A stretch of DNA of 64,000 nt from Nannocystis pusilla (lineage in GTDB: Bacteria; Myxococcota_A; Polyangia; Nannocystales; Nannocystaceae), in NCBI RefSeq assembly GCF_051105105.1, contig NZ_CP185339.1; one strand, written 5' to 3'. The notes beneath the pieces were generated by a model. The model saw only the letters and a program-made list of their open reading frames with translations, was not told the DNA's origin and ran no database searches. Each line of letters starts with the position of its first letter. Positions within the stretch are counted from its first letter, which is position 1. Shown piece after piece: positions 22,483-31,307 of this stretch. The position numbers were made by a program, and so were the translations under genes.

Positions 22483-23901
22483 TCACGCGGAGACGACGAC
22501 GAGGGTGAACATCTGCTCGGTGACGCCACCCTGGCCGTCGTCGACGCTGAGGACGACGGGGTGCTCGCCGATGTCCTCGCTGGTGACCGACCACGACAGC
22601 ACGTTGCTGACCGGGTCGAGGAGCATGTCGGGCGGGCCGGAGACGATGGCGTAGGTGAGCGCGTCGCCGTCGGGGTCGGTGGCGACGAGCTGGTAGAACC
22701 ACGCGACGGGCGGGTCGCCGGCGAGGACGGTGCCGGAGATGGCGAGGCCGAACGGGCCGAACAGGCCGGGGTCGTTGGCCGAGGTCAGGGGCTGGCCGTC
22801 GGGCGCGAACTTGAAGATGTCGGCGGGCAGGGTGCCCCCGCCGTTCTCGTAGTCGGCGGTGTAGATGTTGCCCTCGTTGTCGACGCGCAGCGGCACGGGG
22901 AAGGCGTCGCCCGGTTGATCGAAGGTGCCGAGCTTCATGCCGGTGCCGACGTCGTAGCGCACGAGGTCGCCGGCGGCGGCGACGAGCTCGCCGTTGGCGT
23001 TGAACTGCAGGCCCTCGAAATTGCCGGGGTTGCCGGCGCCGCTGAGAGTGGATAACCACGGGAACTGGGCGAAGTCGTCGAAGTCGGCGACGTGGATGGT
23101 GTTGTCGGTCTGGCTGGCGAGGTAGAGCCGACCCTTGCCGTCGAAGGTGATGCCGGTCAGCTGGCCCGCGCCGGCCGGCAGCGGGATCTGCTGCGTGAAC
23201 GCGTAGTCCATCGCGTCGTACTGATTGAGCTTGTCGGTGCCGCCGGTGGCGGTGGTGGTGTAGAGATTGCCGCGCGGGTCGAAGATGACGTTCTCGGTCG
23301 CCTCGCTGGCGACCTTGGGGTACACCGCGTATTCGACGCCGTAGTCGCTGAACTCGACGAAGCTGCTGTAACCGGCGACGACCAGGTTGCCGCGCGAATT
23401 GAAGGAGGCGCCGTTGGGGCCGTAGGTGTAGAGCGGGGAGTCGACCTCGCTGAACACCGGGTGCGTGAAGGCCTGGATGAACGCGAGGCTGTTGCCGTCG
23501 TAGACGCGGATCTCGTCGGTGCGCGAGGAGGCGAGGAAGATCTGGCCGGGGGCGAAGTTGCTCTTGAAGAGCTCCTCGATGACGATCTCGGTGCCCGGCT
23601 CGGACTCCCAGGTCGGCGGTTGATTGACGCCAGGGCCGGTGGTGGTGCTGGTGTCGGTGGCGACGTCGGTGGTGGACGTCGCGTCGCTGGTGCCGGTCAT
23701 CGTCTCGCCGGCGGTGCCGGTCGGGGCGGTGGTGGTCGGCTCGTCGGTGGCGCTGCCGGTGGTGGTCGTCGTCGTGGGGCTGGTGGTCGTGGTCGTCGCC
23801 TGCGTCGCCGAGCCGCCGTCGCTGGTGCGCCCGCCGTCGTCGCCGCAGCCGCCGAGCACCACGCCGAACCACACGAACATGCCGACTCTTCGCGTCACCA
23901 T
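22483..23901 (-). CDS. Secreted lipoprotein with a Thr-rich linker, a beta-propeller-like body and a C-terminal putative Ig/cadherin-like domain.
   Basis: Lipobox MFVWFGVVLGGC. The C-terminal segment is ATDPDGDALTYAIVSGPPDMLLDP. Confidence 0.75.
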   Translation of the reverse strand: MVTRRVGMFVWFGVVLGGCGDDGGRTSDGGSATQATTTTTSPTTTTTTGSATDEPTTTAPTGTAGETMTGTSDATSTTDVATDTSTTTGPGVNQPPTWESEPGTEIVIEELFKSNFAPGQIFLASSRTDEIRVYDGNSLAFIQAFTHPVFSEVDSPLYTYGPNGASFNSRGNLVVAGYSSFVEFSDYGVEYAVYPKVASEATENVIFDPRGNLYTTTATGGTDKLNQYDAMDYAFTQQIPLPAGAGQLTGITFDGKGRLYLASQTDNTIHVADFDDFAQFPWLSTLSGAGNPGNFEGLQFNANGELVAAAGDLVRYDVGTGMKLGTFDQPGDAFPVPLRVDNEGNIYTADYENGGGTLPADIFKFAPDGQPLTSANDPGLFGPFGLAISGTVLAGDPPVAWFYQLVATDPDGDALTYAIVSGPPDMLLDPVSNVLSWSVTSEDIGEHPVVLSVDDGQGGVTEQMFTLVVVSA

Positions 23902-23997
23902 CCCGAGCTCCTCCGCGGTCGCGCAGGGTACCGCATCGCGGCGGGCAGCGTCTGCGCAGCGGCTTGCGCGTCTGCAGGCGAGCGCCCGGGGAAGCGA

Positions 23998-24381
23998 CTA
24001 GGAGGTGGGCGGCGAGAGGTCGCCGAGCGGGGCGTTCATGAGCCACTTCTCGATGCAGGCGAGCAGCTCGACGAAGCTCTCGGTGGTGAAGCTGGCGAGC
24101 ACGTGATCCCAGTCGGGGTCGAGCAGTTTGACGCGGAAGGCGGTGCGGTAAAAGCCGGCGTCGAGGTGGAGCTCGCGCCACGGGCTGTCCGGCCCCGGGC
24201 GGTACTCGCCGCCGGGCGGGGGCAGCTTGACGAGCCACAGCAGGTCCTCGCTGTCGTTGAAGTCGAGGCTTCCGTCGGGCAGGCGACGGGCATCCAGGCC
24301 GTTCTGGCGCACGGCCCATCCGCCGGGGATCCGCAAGGGGACGAGCTGCCAGTCGGGGCCGACGAGGTCGAGGACGTGCAT
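23998..24381 (-). CDS. Hypothetical protein.
   Basis: The start MHVLDLVGPD was chosen. The upstream 39 codons are low-complexity. Confidence 0.45.
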   Translation of the reverse strand: MHVLDLVGPDWQLVPLRIPGGWAVRQNGLDARRLPDGSLDFNDSEDLLWLVKLPPPGGEYRPGPDSPWRELHLDAGFYRTAFRVKLLDPDWDHVLASFTTESFVELLACIEKWLMNAPLGDLSPPTS

Positions 24382-24484
24382 GCGCCGAGGGTAGAGCAGC
24401 GAGCGCGGCAATGCGAGCCGCGCCGGCCGGTCGGCGCGGGGATGCGCGCTGCGGGCGAATGCGCGACACTGCGTCGGAGCTCCG

Positions 24485-24835
24485 ATGACGCTCATCACGC
24501 ACGCCTATGTGCGCACGGCCGACGGCGAGCTGCGGACGCTGGACGCGGCGCCGCCGCGCAACGACCTCGCGGGGCCGGAGAGCTGGCGGGTGAAGGTGTA
24601 CGGCTCGGCCGCCGCGCGGGCGCTGGGGCTGACGCTGCTGCCGACGCTGGCGACGTACGACATCCACGCGGAGGACGAGGAGCTCGATGTGCTCGAGCGC
24701 GAGGTGCAGGCGCTGCTCGGCAACACGGCCCGCTGGCCGGAGATCGGGCTCGACCAGCTGCGCTTCCGCCTGCTCAACATCCTCGAGGCGGTCCGCCTGG
24801 CGCGAGCCGAGGGCGGCGGGGTGTACCTCGGATGA
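24485..24835 (+). CDS. Hypothetical protein of 116 aa.
   Basis: Divergent from the previous gene. Good GC3 bias. Confidence 0.5.
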   Translation: MTLITHAYVRTADGELRTLDAAPPRNDLAGPESWRVKVYGSAAARALGLTLLPTLATYDIHAEDEELDVLEREVQALLGNTARWPEIGLDQLRFRLLNILEAVRLARAEGGGVYLG

Positions 24836-24846
24836 TGTGGCCTCCG

Positions 24847-24939
24847 AGACATGTCTTAATGGACATTTTCTTAAGGGCAGCACGCCGAGCAGGCGGCCGC
24901 GGTGTTCATGGCGCTTCCGAACGGAAGGTGTCCGTTCGG
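24847..24939. repeat. AGACATGTCT palindrome (24847-24856), GGACAT, and the hairpin CCGAACGGA-aggtg-TCCGTTCGG with TGTCCG-tt-CGGACA (24917-24939).
   Basis: Read directly from the sequence. Lies between convergent genes. Confidence 0.6.
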
Positions 24940-24949
24940 ACAGGTGACG

Positions 24950-26650
24950 TCATTGCGCGAGGAACCACGGGGTGGCGACGGCGGAGCGGCACTGCCAGTT
25001 GAAGCTGCGCATGTGCGGGACCTCGCCGAGGTCGGCGAAGCCGGCGGCCAGGTCCTCGGCGGTTTGGCGCAGCTCGGGGTCGGCGGCGCCGTCGTGGTAG
25101 TAGGCCATGGCGACGACGTAGGCGCTCTCGCCCCAGTGCTCGTCGTAGTCGTCGACGGCGCCGTTGCCGTCGCCGACGCCCATCCAGTAGAAGGGCTTGC
25201 CGTCGGGGTCGAGGCCGTCGCGGGCGATGACGCGGCCGAGCTTGACGATCGAGGCGCGCGCGGCGTCGGCCTGGGCGCCGGGCGACTCGGTGGCGTACTG
25301 ATCGAGGCCGTCGGCCAGGATGGCGCTGAGCCACGGCGAGCAGCCCCAGAAGCCGAACTCCTCGCCGGCGGCGACGTCGGTGTGGGCGAAGCAGCGGGCG
25401 TCGGGATCGTCGTAGCCGGGCGGGTAGCTGGCCTGCACGTCGAGGTAAGCGGTGATCGCCGCGTCGGCGAGGTCGCGGAATTGCTGGGCCTGGTCGTCGG
25501 AGACGTTCATCGCCCACACGTAGGCGAGCAGGCCGAAGCCGGCGTGGCGCTCGGTCCAGAAGCTGGCGCCGCCCTCGTAGACGGGGTCCCACAGATCGGC
25601 GTAGGCCTCGGCGACGTCCTCGGCGCTCTCGCGGAAGCGGTCGTCGCCGGTCATGAGGTAATGCAGGGCCATGTTCTGTGTATAATAGTACTTGGCGTCG
25701 CCGGTCTTGCCGGGCACGCCGATGGCGGTGTCGGGGCCCTGGCCGCTGAGGCCGTCGCGGTAGATGGTGGTCTCGAGATAGGCGGAGCGCAGGGTCGAGA
25801 GGTCGCCGCGGCGGGCGTGGCCGCGCCAGTGGGTGGTGCCGCGATCGTACAGCCAGACGTTGGCGGAGTCGTTGGCGCCGAGGAAGGCCTCGACGTTCCA
25901 TGCGTCGTAGTCACACTTGTCGGCCCAGGCCTGCCCGGGGGTGCCCTCGGCGGCGGCGGCGGTGCCGAGCGGGCCGGCGAATTTGCTGGTCGTGAGCCAC
26001 TCGGCCGGCAGCAAGGCCCACACGTTGGGGCCGGTGTCGACGAGGGTGTCGGCGACCGGGACGAGATTGACGGGTCCGGCCGTGGGCGCGGCGTTGAGGG
26101 CGACGTTGAGGTCGGTCTCGCCGTCGATCGCGAGGTCGAGCTGGATCTGCACGGAGCGCCAGCTGCCGTCGGGGTGACGCGCGAGGCCGCGGAGCGCGGT
26201 GGCCAGCTCAGTGCCGGCGTGATGGACCTGGACCTGGGTGTCGTCGACGAGGACGCCGGGCGCCAGGGGGACCGCGAAGTTGATCCGCTGCTCGCCGGTG
26301 ACGCCCTCTTGCGGGACGAGGTGAACGACGACGCTGACGGTCTGGCCGCCGGTGGTGGGGTCGCCGGTCTCGGTCTCGTCGGTGGTGGTCGTCGTGGTGA
26401 CGGGGCCGTCGGTGGGGTCCGAGGTCGGGCCGTCGGTGGTGTCCGGCGGCTCGCTCGTGGTCGAGGAGGTCGGCGCGGGATTGTCGGTGGCGACTCCCGT
26501 CGGGGCGCCGGTGGTCGGACCCGAATCGGTGGTCGGGTCGGTGCCGGCGGCCGTGTCGGTGGCGTCGCCGGAATCGCCGGGACAGGCCGCACAGAGGCAC
26601 GCGGCGGCGGCGAGGAGCCCCATTGCGGGCAGTCGAGTCACTGGCATCAT
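24950..26650 (-). CDS. Secreted lipoprotein with a Thr/Pro-rich linker and a large uncharacterised catalytic-looking domain.
   Basis: Signal plus lipobox MMPVTRLPAMGLLAAAACLCAAC. About 566 aa. Confidence 0.7.
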   Translation of the reverse strand: MMPVTRLPAMGLLAAAACLCAACPGDSGDATDTAAGTDPTTDSGPTTGAPTGVATDNPAPTSSTTSEPPDTTDGPTSDPTDGPVTTTTTTDETETGDPTTGGQTVSVVVHLVPQEGVTGEQRINFAVPLAPGVLVDDTQVQVHHAGTELATALRGLARHPDGSWRSVQIQLDLAIDGETDLNVALNAAPTAGPVNLVPVADTLVDTGPNVWALLPAEWLTTSKFAGPLGTAAAAEGTPGQAWADKCDYDAWNVEAFLGANDSANVWLYDRGTTHWRGHARRGDLSTLRSAYLETTIYRDGLSGQGPDTAIGVPGKTGDAKYYYTQNMALHYLMTGDDRFRESAEDVAEAYADLWDPVYEGGASFWTERHAGFGLLAYVWAMNVSDDQAQQFRDLADAAITAYLDVQASYPPGYDDPDARCFAHTDVAAGEEFGFWGCSPWLSAILADGLDQYATESPGAQADAARASIVKLGRVIARDGLDPDGKPFYWMGVGDGNGAVDDYDEHWGESAYVVAMAYYHDGAADPELRQTAEDLAAGFADLGEVPHMRSFNWQCRSAVATPWFLAQ

Positions 26651-26975
26651 TGAACAAAAATCTCCGCGCGGCACCGTAGCCGATCACGCGGCGAGGCGCG
26701 CGGGGCCATGGGCCCCCGGCGCGGATGTGCGCGGCGCGTGCGAGCGCGGACCATCGCCGCGATGAATCTCGGCTGGGCCGGGCCGACGGCCAGCGTGGAC
26801 CACGAGGTCGAAGAGCCGGCGTGGGGCCGAGGCGCGCTGGCGAAGGCGGGCGACGTCGTCGCTCGCACGCGGTCCGGCGTCGGGATCGCCGAGGTCGTCC
26901 TCGACGGGGCGAGCGAGCGGCTGCGTCGGTTCCGGATGCCGCGAAACCCGGGGCGAGCCGACTGTGAGGCGCGCG

Positions 26976-27464
26976 CTAATCGATCGTGTACGCGGTGCAA
27001 TACGAGGAGTACAGCGCGCTCTCGCCCGCCAGCGGCACGAAGGTGACCGTATTCGGCGCCATCCAGGCCGACAAGCCATTGCGCGGCGCATACCCGCCGG
27101 TGTGATACACCGTCCACGCCACGCGCGCCGTGACCGACGGGGGCCAATTGTACACGCTGCAGCCCTCCGCGCTCATCGTCGACAGGCGAACGCGCGGCTG
27201 GAACAGGATCTGCCAGTCGATCGAGCAGCACACCGACTCCGGCGGAGAGAGCGACGGTTCGTCGGCCGCGGCGAGCGCGAGCTCGTCGTGGATCGCCCCG
27301 GCGGGCGCGTCCTCGGCGTCGTCGGCGAGCTCGGCGTCCTCGGCCGCGAGCTCGGCCTCCAGCGCGGGGTCGTCACAGCCGGCGAGCGCCACGGCGAACA
27401 GGCCGGCGAGCGTCGAAGCCCGGGCGCGCCGAGCCGATTCGATGGGAAGTACATGTCGCTGCAT
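26976..27464 (-). CDS. Small acidic lipoprotein.
   Basis: Signal plus lipobox MQRHVLPIESARRARASTLAGLFAVALAGC. 162 aa. The start was placed by arithmetic. Confidence 0.55.
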   Translation of the reverse strand: MQRHVLPIESARRARASTLAGLFAVALAGCDDPALEAELAAEDAELADDAEDAPAGAIHDELALAAADEPSLSPPESVCCSIDWQILFQPRVRLSTMSAEGCSVYNWPPSVTARVAWTVYHTGGYAPRNGLSAWMAPNTVTFVPLAGESALYSSYCTAYTID

Positions 27465-27767
27465 GGGTAAACTCCTGAGATCGATGAGTTCAGGGCGCCT
27501 GGACCAGCGACACGCGCCGACCCCATGATGACGAGCGCCTTTGTTCGGTAGGTGCTCGGCCGGCGCCGAACAATTGCCGGTGACGCACCTTTTTGTCGTC
27601 GCGCCGCAGCACGAGCGGACTTGCGGCCCCCGTGCTGGCGATTCAAAGCCCCAGCCTCGACGTCCGCGCCGACGGCCTCGTTCCCCTCGCGGGCGCGCGC
27701 CAGCAGCTTCGACAGCACGCGCGCGAGTGAGTGGCCGGGTCCGCGGAGCCGGTCTATCGTGACGGCC

Positions 27768-28400
27768 ATGAAGCTCCACGGATTTTGGCGCAGCACGGCG
27801 ACCTGGCGGGTGCGGATCGCTCTGGCGTACAAGGGCCTGACCTACGAATACGTGGCGGTCGACCTGCTGACCGGCGCGGGGGCGCAGCGCTCGCCCGAGC
27901 ACCGCCGGATCAATCCGATGGCGCAGGTGCCGGTGCTCGAGGTCGAGGCGGGGCTGTACCTGACGCAGTCGATTGCAATTTTAGAATACCTCGAGGAGCG
28001 CTGGCCGACGCCGCCGCTGTTGCCGCGCGATCCGCTGGCGCGCGCGCGGGTGCGGCAATTGACGGAGGTGATCAACGCGGGGATCCAGCCGCTGCAGAAC
28101 ACGGGGGTGCAGCGGCACGTGGAGTCGCTCGGGGCCGACTCGCGGGCGTGGATCCACCGGTTCGTCGGCCCGGGGCTGGCGGCGCTCGAGGCGATGACGC
28201 GGCCCCTGGCCGGGCGGTTCAGCGTCGGTGACGCGCTGTCGTTCGCCGATCTGGCGCTGGTGCCCCAGCTGGCGTTCGCCCGCCGGTTCGGCGTCGACGT
28301 GACGGGCCTGCCGACGCTGCTGCGCGTCGAGGCCAACTGCGTCGAGCTCGAATTTTTCAGAGTGAGCCACGCGGACTTGCAGCCGGACGCGCCGCGGTAA
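27768..28400 (+). CDS. maiA: Maleylacetoacetate isomerase / zeta-class glutathione S-transferase.
   Basis: N-terminal MKLHGFWRSTATWRVRIALAYKGLTYEYVAVDL...QVPVLEV...LTQSIAILEYLEERWP. The start was reassigned from the track GTG at 27552. Confidence 0.8.
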   Translation: MKLHGFWRSTATWRVRIALAYKGLTYEYVAVDLLTGAGAQRSPEHRRINPMAQVPVLEVEAGLYLTQSIAILEYLEERWPTPPLLPRDPLARARVRQLTEVINAGIQPLQNTGVQRHVESLGADSRAWIHRFVGPGLAALEAMTRPLAGRFSVGDALSFADLALVPQLAFARRFGVDVTGLPTLLRVEANCVELEFFRVSHADLQPDAPR

Positions 28401-28470
28401 CTCGGGGCATGTTCGATGGGGCATGTCCGCGGGGGCATGCCTCTTCGGACATGGTTCGAGGGTCATGCCT
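28401..28470. repeat. Five tandem copies of a 14-bp unit (consensus approximately TCGGGGCATGTYCG) between the convergent maiA and TetR stops.
   Basis: Units tcggggcatgttcga, tggggcatgtccgc, gggggcatgcctct, tcggacatggttcga and gggtcatgcctgg, read directly from the sequence. Confidence 0.7.
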
Positions 28471-29242
28471 GGGCGCGGCGGGCGACGAGGGCGGCGATGC
28501 CGTCGAGGACGACGCCGAGGCCGAACTCGAGGCCGTCGCCGTCGCCGGGGCCGGGGCCGGTGCCGGCGCTCAGGACCTCCTGCAGGGCCGGGAAGCGGGC
28601 CGGGTCGCGGGCGACCAGGGCTCCGGTGGCGGCGGCCCACTGCGGGCCGGACAAGCTGCGGGCGCGGTTGCTGCGGACGCTGAACTGGGCGGCGCTGCGG
28701 ACGTGGCCGAGGACGACGAGGAAGGCGCGGTGGCGCTCGCGCGGGTGCAGGCCGGTGTCGGCGAGGGCGGACAGGGCGGCGTCGGCCCACGCGAGCTCGA
28801 GCGGGCCCATGACGCGCAGGCGGTTGGTGGCGGCGAGCGACCAGGGGTGGCGATGAAACACGGCCCACAGCGCGCGGGCCCAGGCGGCCAGGCGCTCGCG
28901 CCAGCCGGGCAGGGCGGCGAGGTCCGGCGGCGGGCCGAGGCCGGTGTCGACCATGAGGTCGACGAGCTCGTCCTTGCCGGGCACGTGGCGGTACAGCGCC
29001 ATGGTGGTGAAGCCGAGCTCGCTGGCGACGCGCTGCATCGACACGGCGTCGAGGCCCTCGGCGTCGGCGAGGGCGATGGCGGCGCTGGCGATGCTCTCGG
29101 CGCTGAGGCCCGGCCGCGGGCCCCGGGTCGGGCGCAGCCGCTCGCCCCACAGGAGGTCGACGCTGCGCGCCTGCTCGCCGAACGGGTCGGGCGGGCGGCG
29201 CGGGCGAGAGGCGGACTTGCGGGCGGGCTTGTTGACGGACAC
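28463..29242 (-). CDS. TetR-family transcriptional regulator.
   Basis: HTH segment ESIASAAIALADAEGLDAVSMQRVASELGFTTMALYRHVPGKDELV. A GTG start at 29242 was chosen. The track start 29287 (GTG) lies inside the operator palindromes. Confidence 0.75.
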   Translation of the reverse strand: MSVNKPARKSASRPRRPPDPFGEQARSVDLLWGERLRPTRGPRPGLSAESIASAAIALADAEGLDAVSMQRVASELGFTTMALYRHVPGKDELVDLMVDTGLGPPPDLAALPGWRERLAAWARALWAVFHRHPWSLAATNRLRVMGPLELAWADAALSALADTGLHPRERHRAFLVVLGHVRSAAQFSVRSNRARSLSGPQWAAATGALVARDPARFPALQEVLSAGTGPGPGDGDGLEFGLGVVLDGIAALVARRAQA

Positions 29243-29250
29243 GGTCGGAC

Positions 29251-29288
29251 TGTGTATAGCATACACAAAATTGTGTACGTGATACACA
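29251..29288. promoter_or_regulatory. Two 17-bp operator-like dyads TGTGTA-n5-TACACA: TGTGTATAGCATACACA and TGTGTACGTGATACACA.
   Basis: Perfect inverted repeats in the 60-bp divergent region between the TetR gene and the alpha/beta-hydrolase gene. The hydrolase gene has an AGGAGAGG Shine-Dalgarno sequence. Confidence 0.6.
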
Positions 29289-29304
29289 TTGAAGGAGAGG
29301 CGAG

Positions 29305-30387
29305 ATGATCGGGGGCATTCTGGCGGGCGCGGCGGGCGTGACGGCGACGGCGCTGGCTGCAGGGCTGGGCTGGCGACGACAGGCGCAGCGGCGGGCGGCG
29401 GAGGGGCTGGCGATCGCCGGGCCCGGGGGGATCGTCGAGGAGGGGTTCGTGCGGATCGGGTCGATCGAGCAGTGGATCGGGATCCGCGGCGAGGACCGCA
29501 CGAACCCGGCGCTGCTGGTGCTGCACGGCGGGCCGGGGGCGCCGTTCTCGATGTTCACGCCGGTGATGCGGGCGTGGGAGCGCGAGTTCACGATCGTGCA
29601 GTGGGACCAGCCGGGGGCCGGCAAGACGTTCGGGCGCAACGGGGCGGGCGGTTGCGCTCCGCTGAGCTTCGCCCGGCTGATCGACGACGCGACGCGGGTG
29701 GCGGAGTGGGTGCGCGCGCGCCTGCAGGTGCCGCTGGTGCTGCTGGCGGGCTCGATGGGCAACATGATCGGGGCGCCGCTGGCCCGGCGCCGGCCCGACC
29801 TGTTCGCGGCCTACGTGGCGACTGATTTCGGCGTCGGGCGGGACAACGAGGTCCGCTCGTACGCGCTGACGCTGGCGCGCCTGCGCGAGGCGGGGAACCG
29901 TCGCGGGGTGGCGGAGCTGGAGGCGATCGGGGTTGATCCTTGGCGCTGGGATCTGCGGGCGTGGCAGCGCAAGCAGCGATGGATCTTGAAGACGGACCCG
30001 CGCATGCGCGAGGTGGGGCGGACGCTGCTGATGCCGTCGATCCTGACCGCGCCGGGCTACACGCTGCGCGACGTGGTCGACCTGCAGCGCGGGATGGCAC
30101 TCTCGGCGGCGCAGCTGTACGCCGAGTTCATCCGCTACGACGTGCGGCGCGAGGGGACGCGCTTCGAGCTGCCGTTCTTCCTGCTGCAGGGCGACGACGA
30201 CATCTTCACGCAGATCGAGCCGGCGCAGCAGTTCTTCGCCGAGGTGGAGGCGCCGCACAAGGAGTTCGCCGCCATCCGCGACGCGGGGCATTTCGCGGCG
30301 TTCACCCGGCCGCGGGAATTTTTAATGGAGCTGCGCGCGCGGGTGCTGCCGCGGGTGGTGCCGGCGGCGAATCAGCGGCGCGCCTGA
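29305..30387 (+). CDS. Alpha/beta-hydrolase (epoxide hydrolase / proline iminopeptidase-like), the likely TetR target.
   Basis: Oxyanion hole HGGPG and nucleophile elbow GSMGN. 360 aa. Confidence 0.8.
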   Translation: MIGGILAGAAGVTATALAAGLGWRRQAQRRAAEGLAIAGPGGIVEEGFVRIGSIEQWIGIRGEDRTNPALLVLHGGPGAPFSMFTPVMRAWEREFTIVQWDQPGAGKTFGRNGAGGCAPLSFARLIDDATRVAEWVRARLQVPLVLLAGSMGNMIGAPLARRRPDLFAAYVATDFGVGRDNEVRSYALTLARLREAGNRRGVAELEAIGVDPWRWDLRAWQRKQRWILKTDPRMREVGRTLLMPSILTAPGYTLRDVVDLQRGMALSAAQLYAEFIRYDVRREGTRFELPFFLLQGDDDIFTQIEPAQQFFAEVEAPHKEFAAIRDAGHFAAFTRPREFLMELRARVLPRVVPAANQRRA

Positions 30388-30464
30388 ATGGTGTCAGGGG
30401 GCACGAGGATGCGGCCGCGCGGCTGCTCGGCGCCGAGCTGTCGGTGACGCGGGGAAGAATGACG

Positions 30465-31304
30465 TCAGCGGGCCGGGCCGCGCACGAGGACGCGGCCGCG
30501 CGGGGGCTCGGCGGCGGCGCCGACTTGCTGGCAGCGGGGGCAATAATAGGTGGTGCGGCCGAGGGTGCCCTGGCGACGCATGGCGATCGGGGTGTTGCAG
30601 CGCGGGCACAGCTCGCCGGAGCGGTTGTAGACCCAGGTGTTGGCGCGGCCGACGTCCCACCGAGTCTTGCGCGGGCCGGCGCCGACGAGGTTGCGGCGCA
30701 GCCACTTGCGGCCGGCCTCGAGCAATCGCAAAAGCGTCGGATCGTCGTAGTCGCCGACCGGCTTGAACGGGTCGAGCCGCTCCATGAATAGCAGCTCGCT
30801 CTTGTAGACGTTGCCGAGGCCGGCGACGAGGCGCTGATCGAGGATGGCCTCGCCGAGCGGGCGCCGCGGGTCGGCGCGCAGGCGCTGCAGGGCCTCGGCG
30901 ATGGGCTGGTCCGACTCGTCGGGGCCGAGCAGGTCGGGGCCGAGGGCGGAGAGGACCGGGTGGTGCTCGATCTCCCAGGCGCTGAGCCACTCGACCGTGG
31001 GGGCGTAGAAGCAGACCGCGAGCCACGATTCGGTGGCGATCACCGCGCGCGCGGCGGTGGCGGGTTTGCGCCACGGGCTGTTCGGCGGATAGAGGTGCCA
31101 GCTGCCCTCCATGCGCAAATGGGTGTAGAGCGCGTGGGTGCCGTCGAACCAGATCAAAAGGTTCTTGCCGCGGGCCTCGACCGCGGTGATCGTGCGGCCG
31201 ACGAGGGCGAGCTCGGGGATCACCGATTCGAACCGGGTGACGGCCTGGCCGACCATCACCTGCAGGCGGGCGGCGACTTTGTGGAGGGTGTCGCCCTCGG
31301 GCAT
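30465..31304 (-). CDS. nei: Fpg/Nei-family DNA glycosylase, Nei2-type (endonuclease VIII-like).
   Basis: N-terminal MPEGDTLH (compare M. tuberculosis Nei2 MPEGDTVWH) and a C-terminal zinc finger CPRC...CPRC. The start lies 3 nt after the lhr stop. Confidence 0.85.
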   Translation of the reverse strand: MPEGDTLHKVAARLQVMVGQAVTRFESVIPELALVGRTITAVEARGKNLLIWFDGTHALYTHLRMEGSWHLYPPNSPWRKPATAARAVIATESWLAVCFYAPTVEWLSAWEIEHHPVLSALGPDLLGPDESDQPIAEALQRLRADPRRPLGEAILDQRLVAGLGNVYKSELLFMERLDPFKPVGDYDDPTLLRLLEAGRKWLRRNLVGAGPRKTRWDVGRANTWVYNRSGELCPRCNTPIAMRRQGTLGRTTYYCPRCQQVGAAAEPPRGRVLVRGPAR

Positions 31305-31307
31305 GGA

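Noticed and set aside
22230-22529. 99-aa minus ORF in the SDR leader.
   Set aside because: Low-complexity, overlaps the palindromes and has no start context.
26708-27046. Small plus-strand ORF (MNLGWAGPTASVDHEVEEPAWGRG...) in the 325-bp gap.
   Set aside because: Its 3' half overlaps the minus-strand lipoprotein gene and degenerates into Arg-rich sequence. No Shine-Dalgarno sequence and no recognisable domain. Left uncalled.
28401-28470. Possible CRISPR array.
   Set aside because: The period is only 14 bp with no spacers. The units are degenerate. There are no cas genes.
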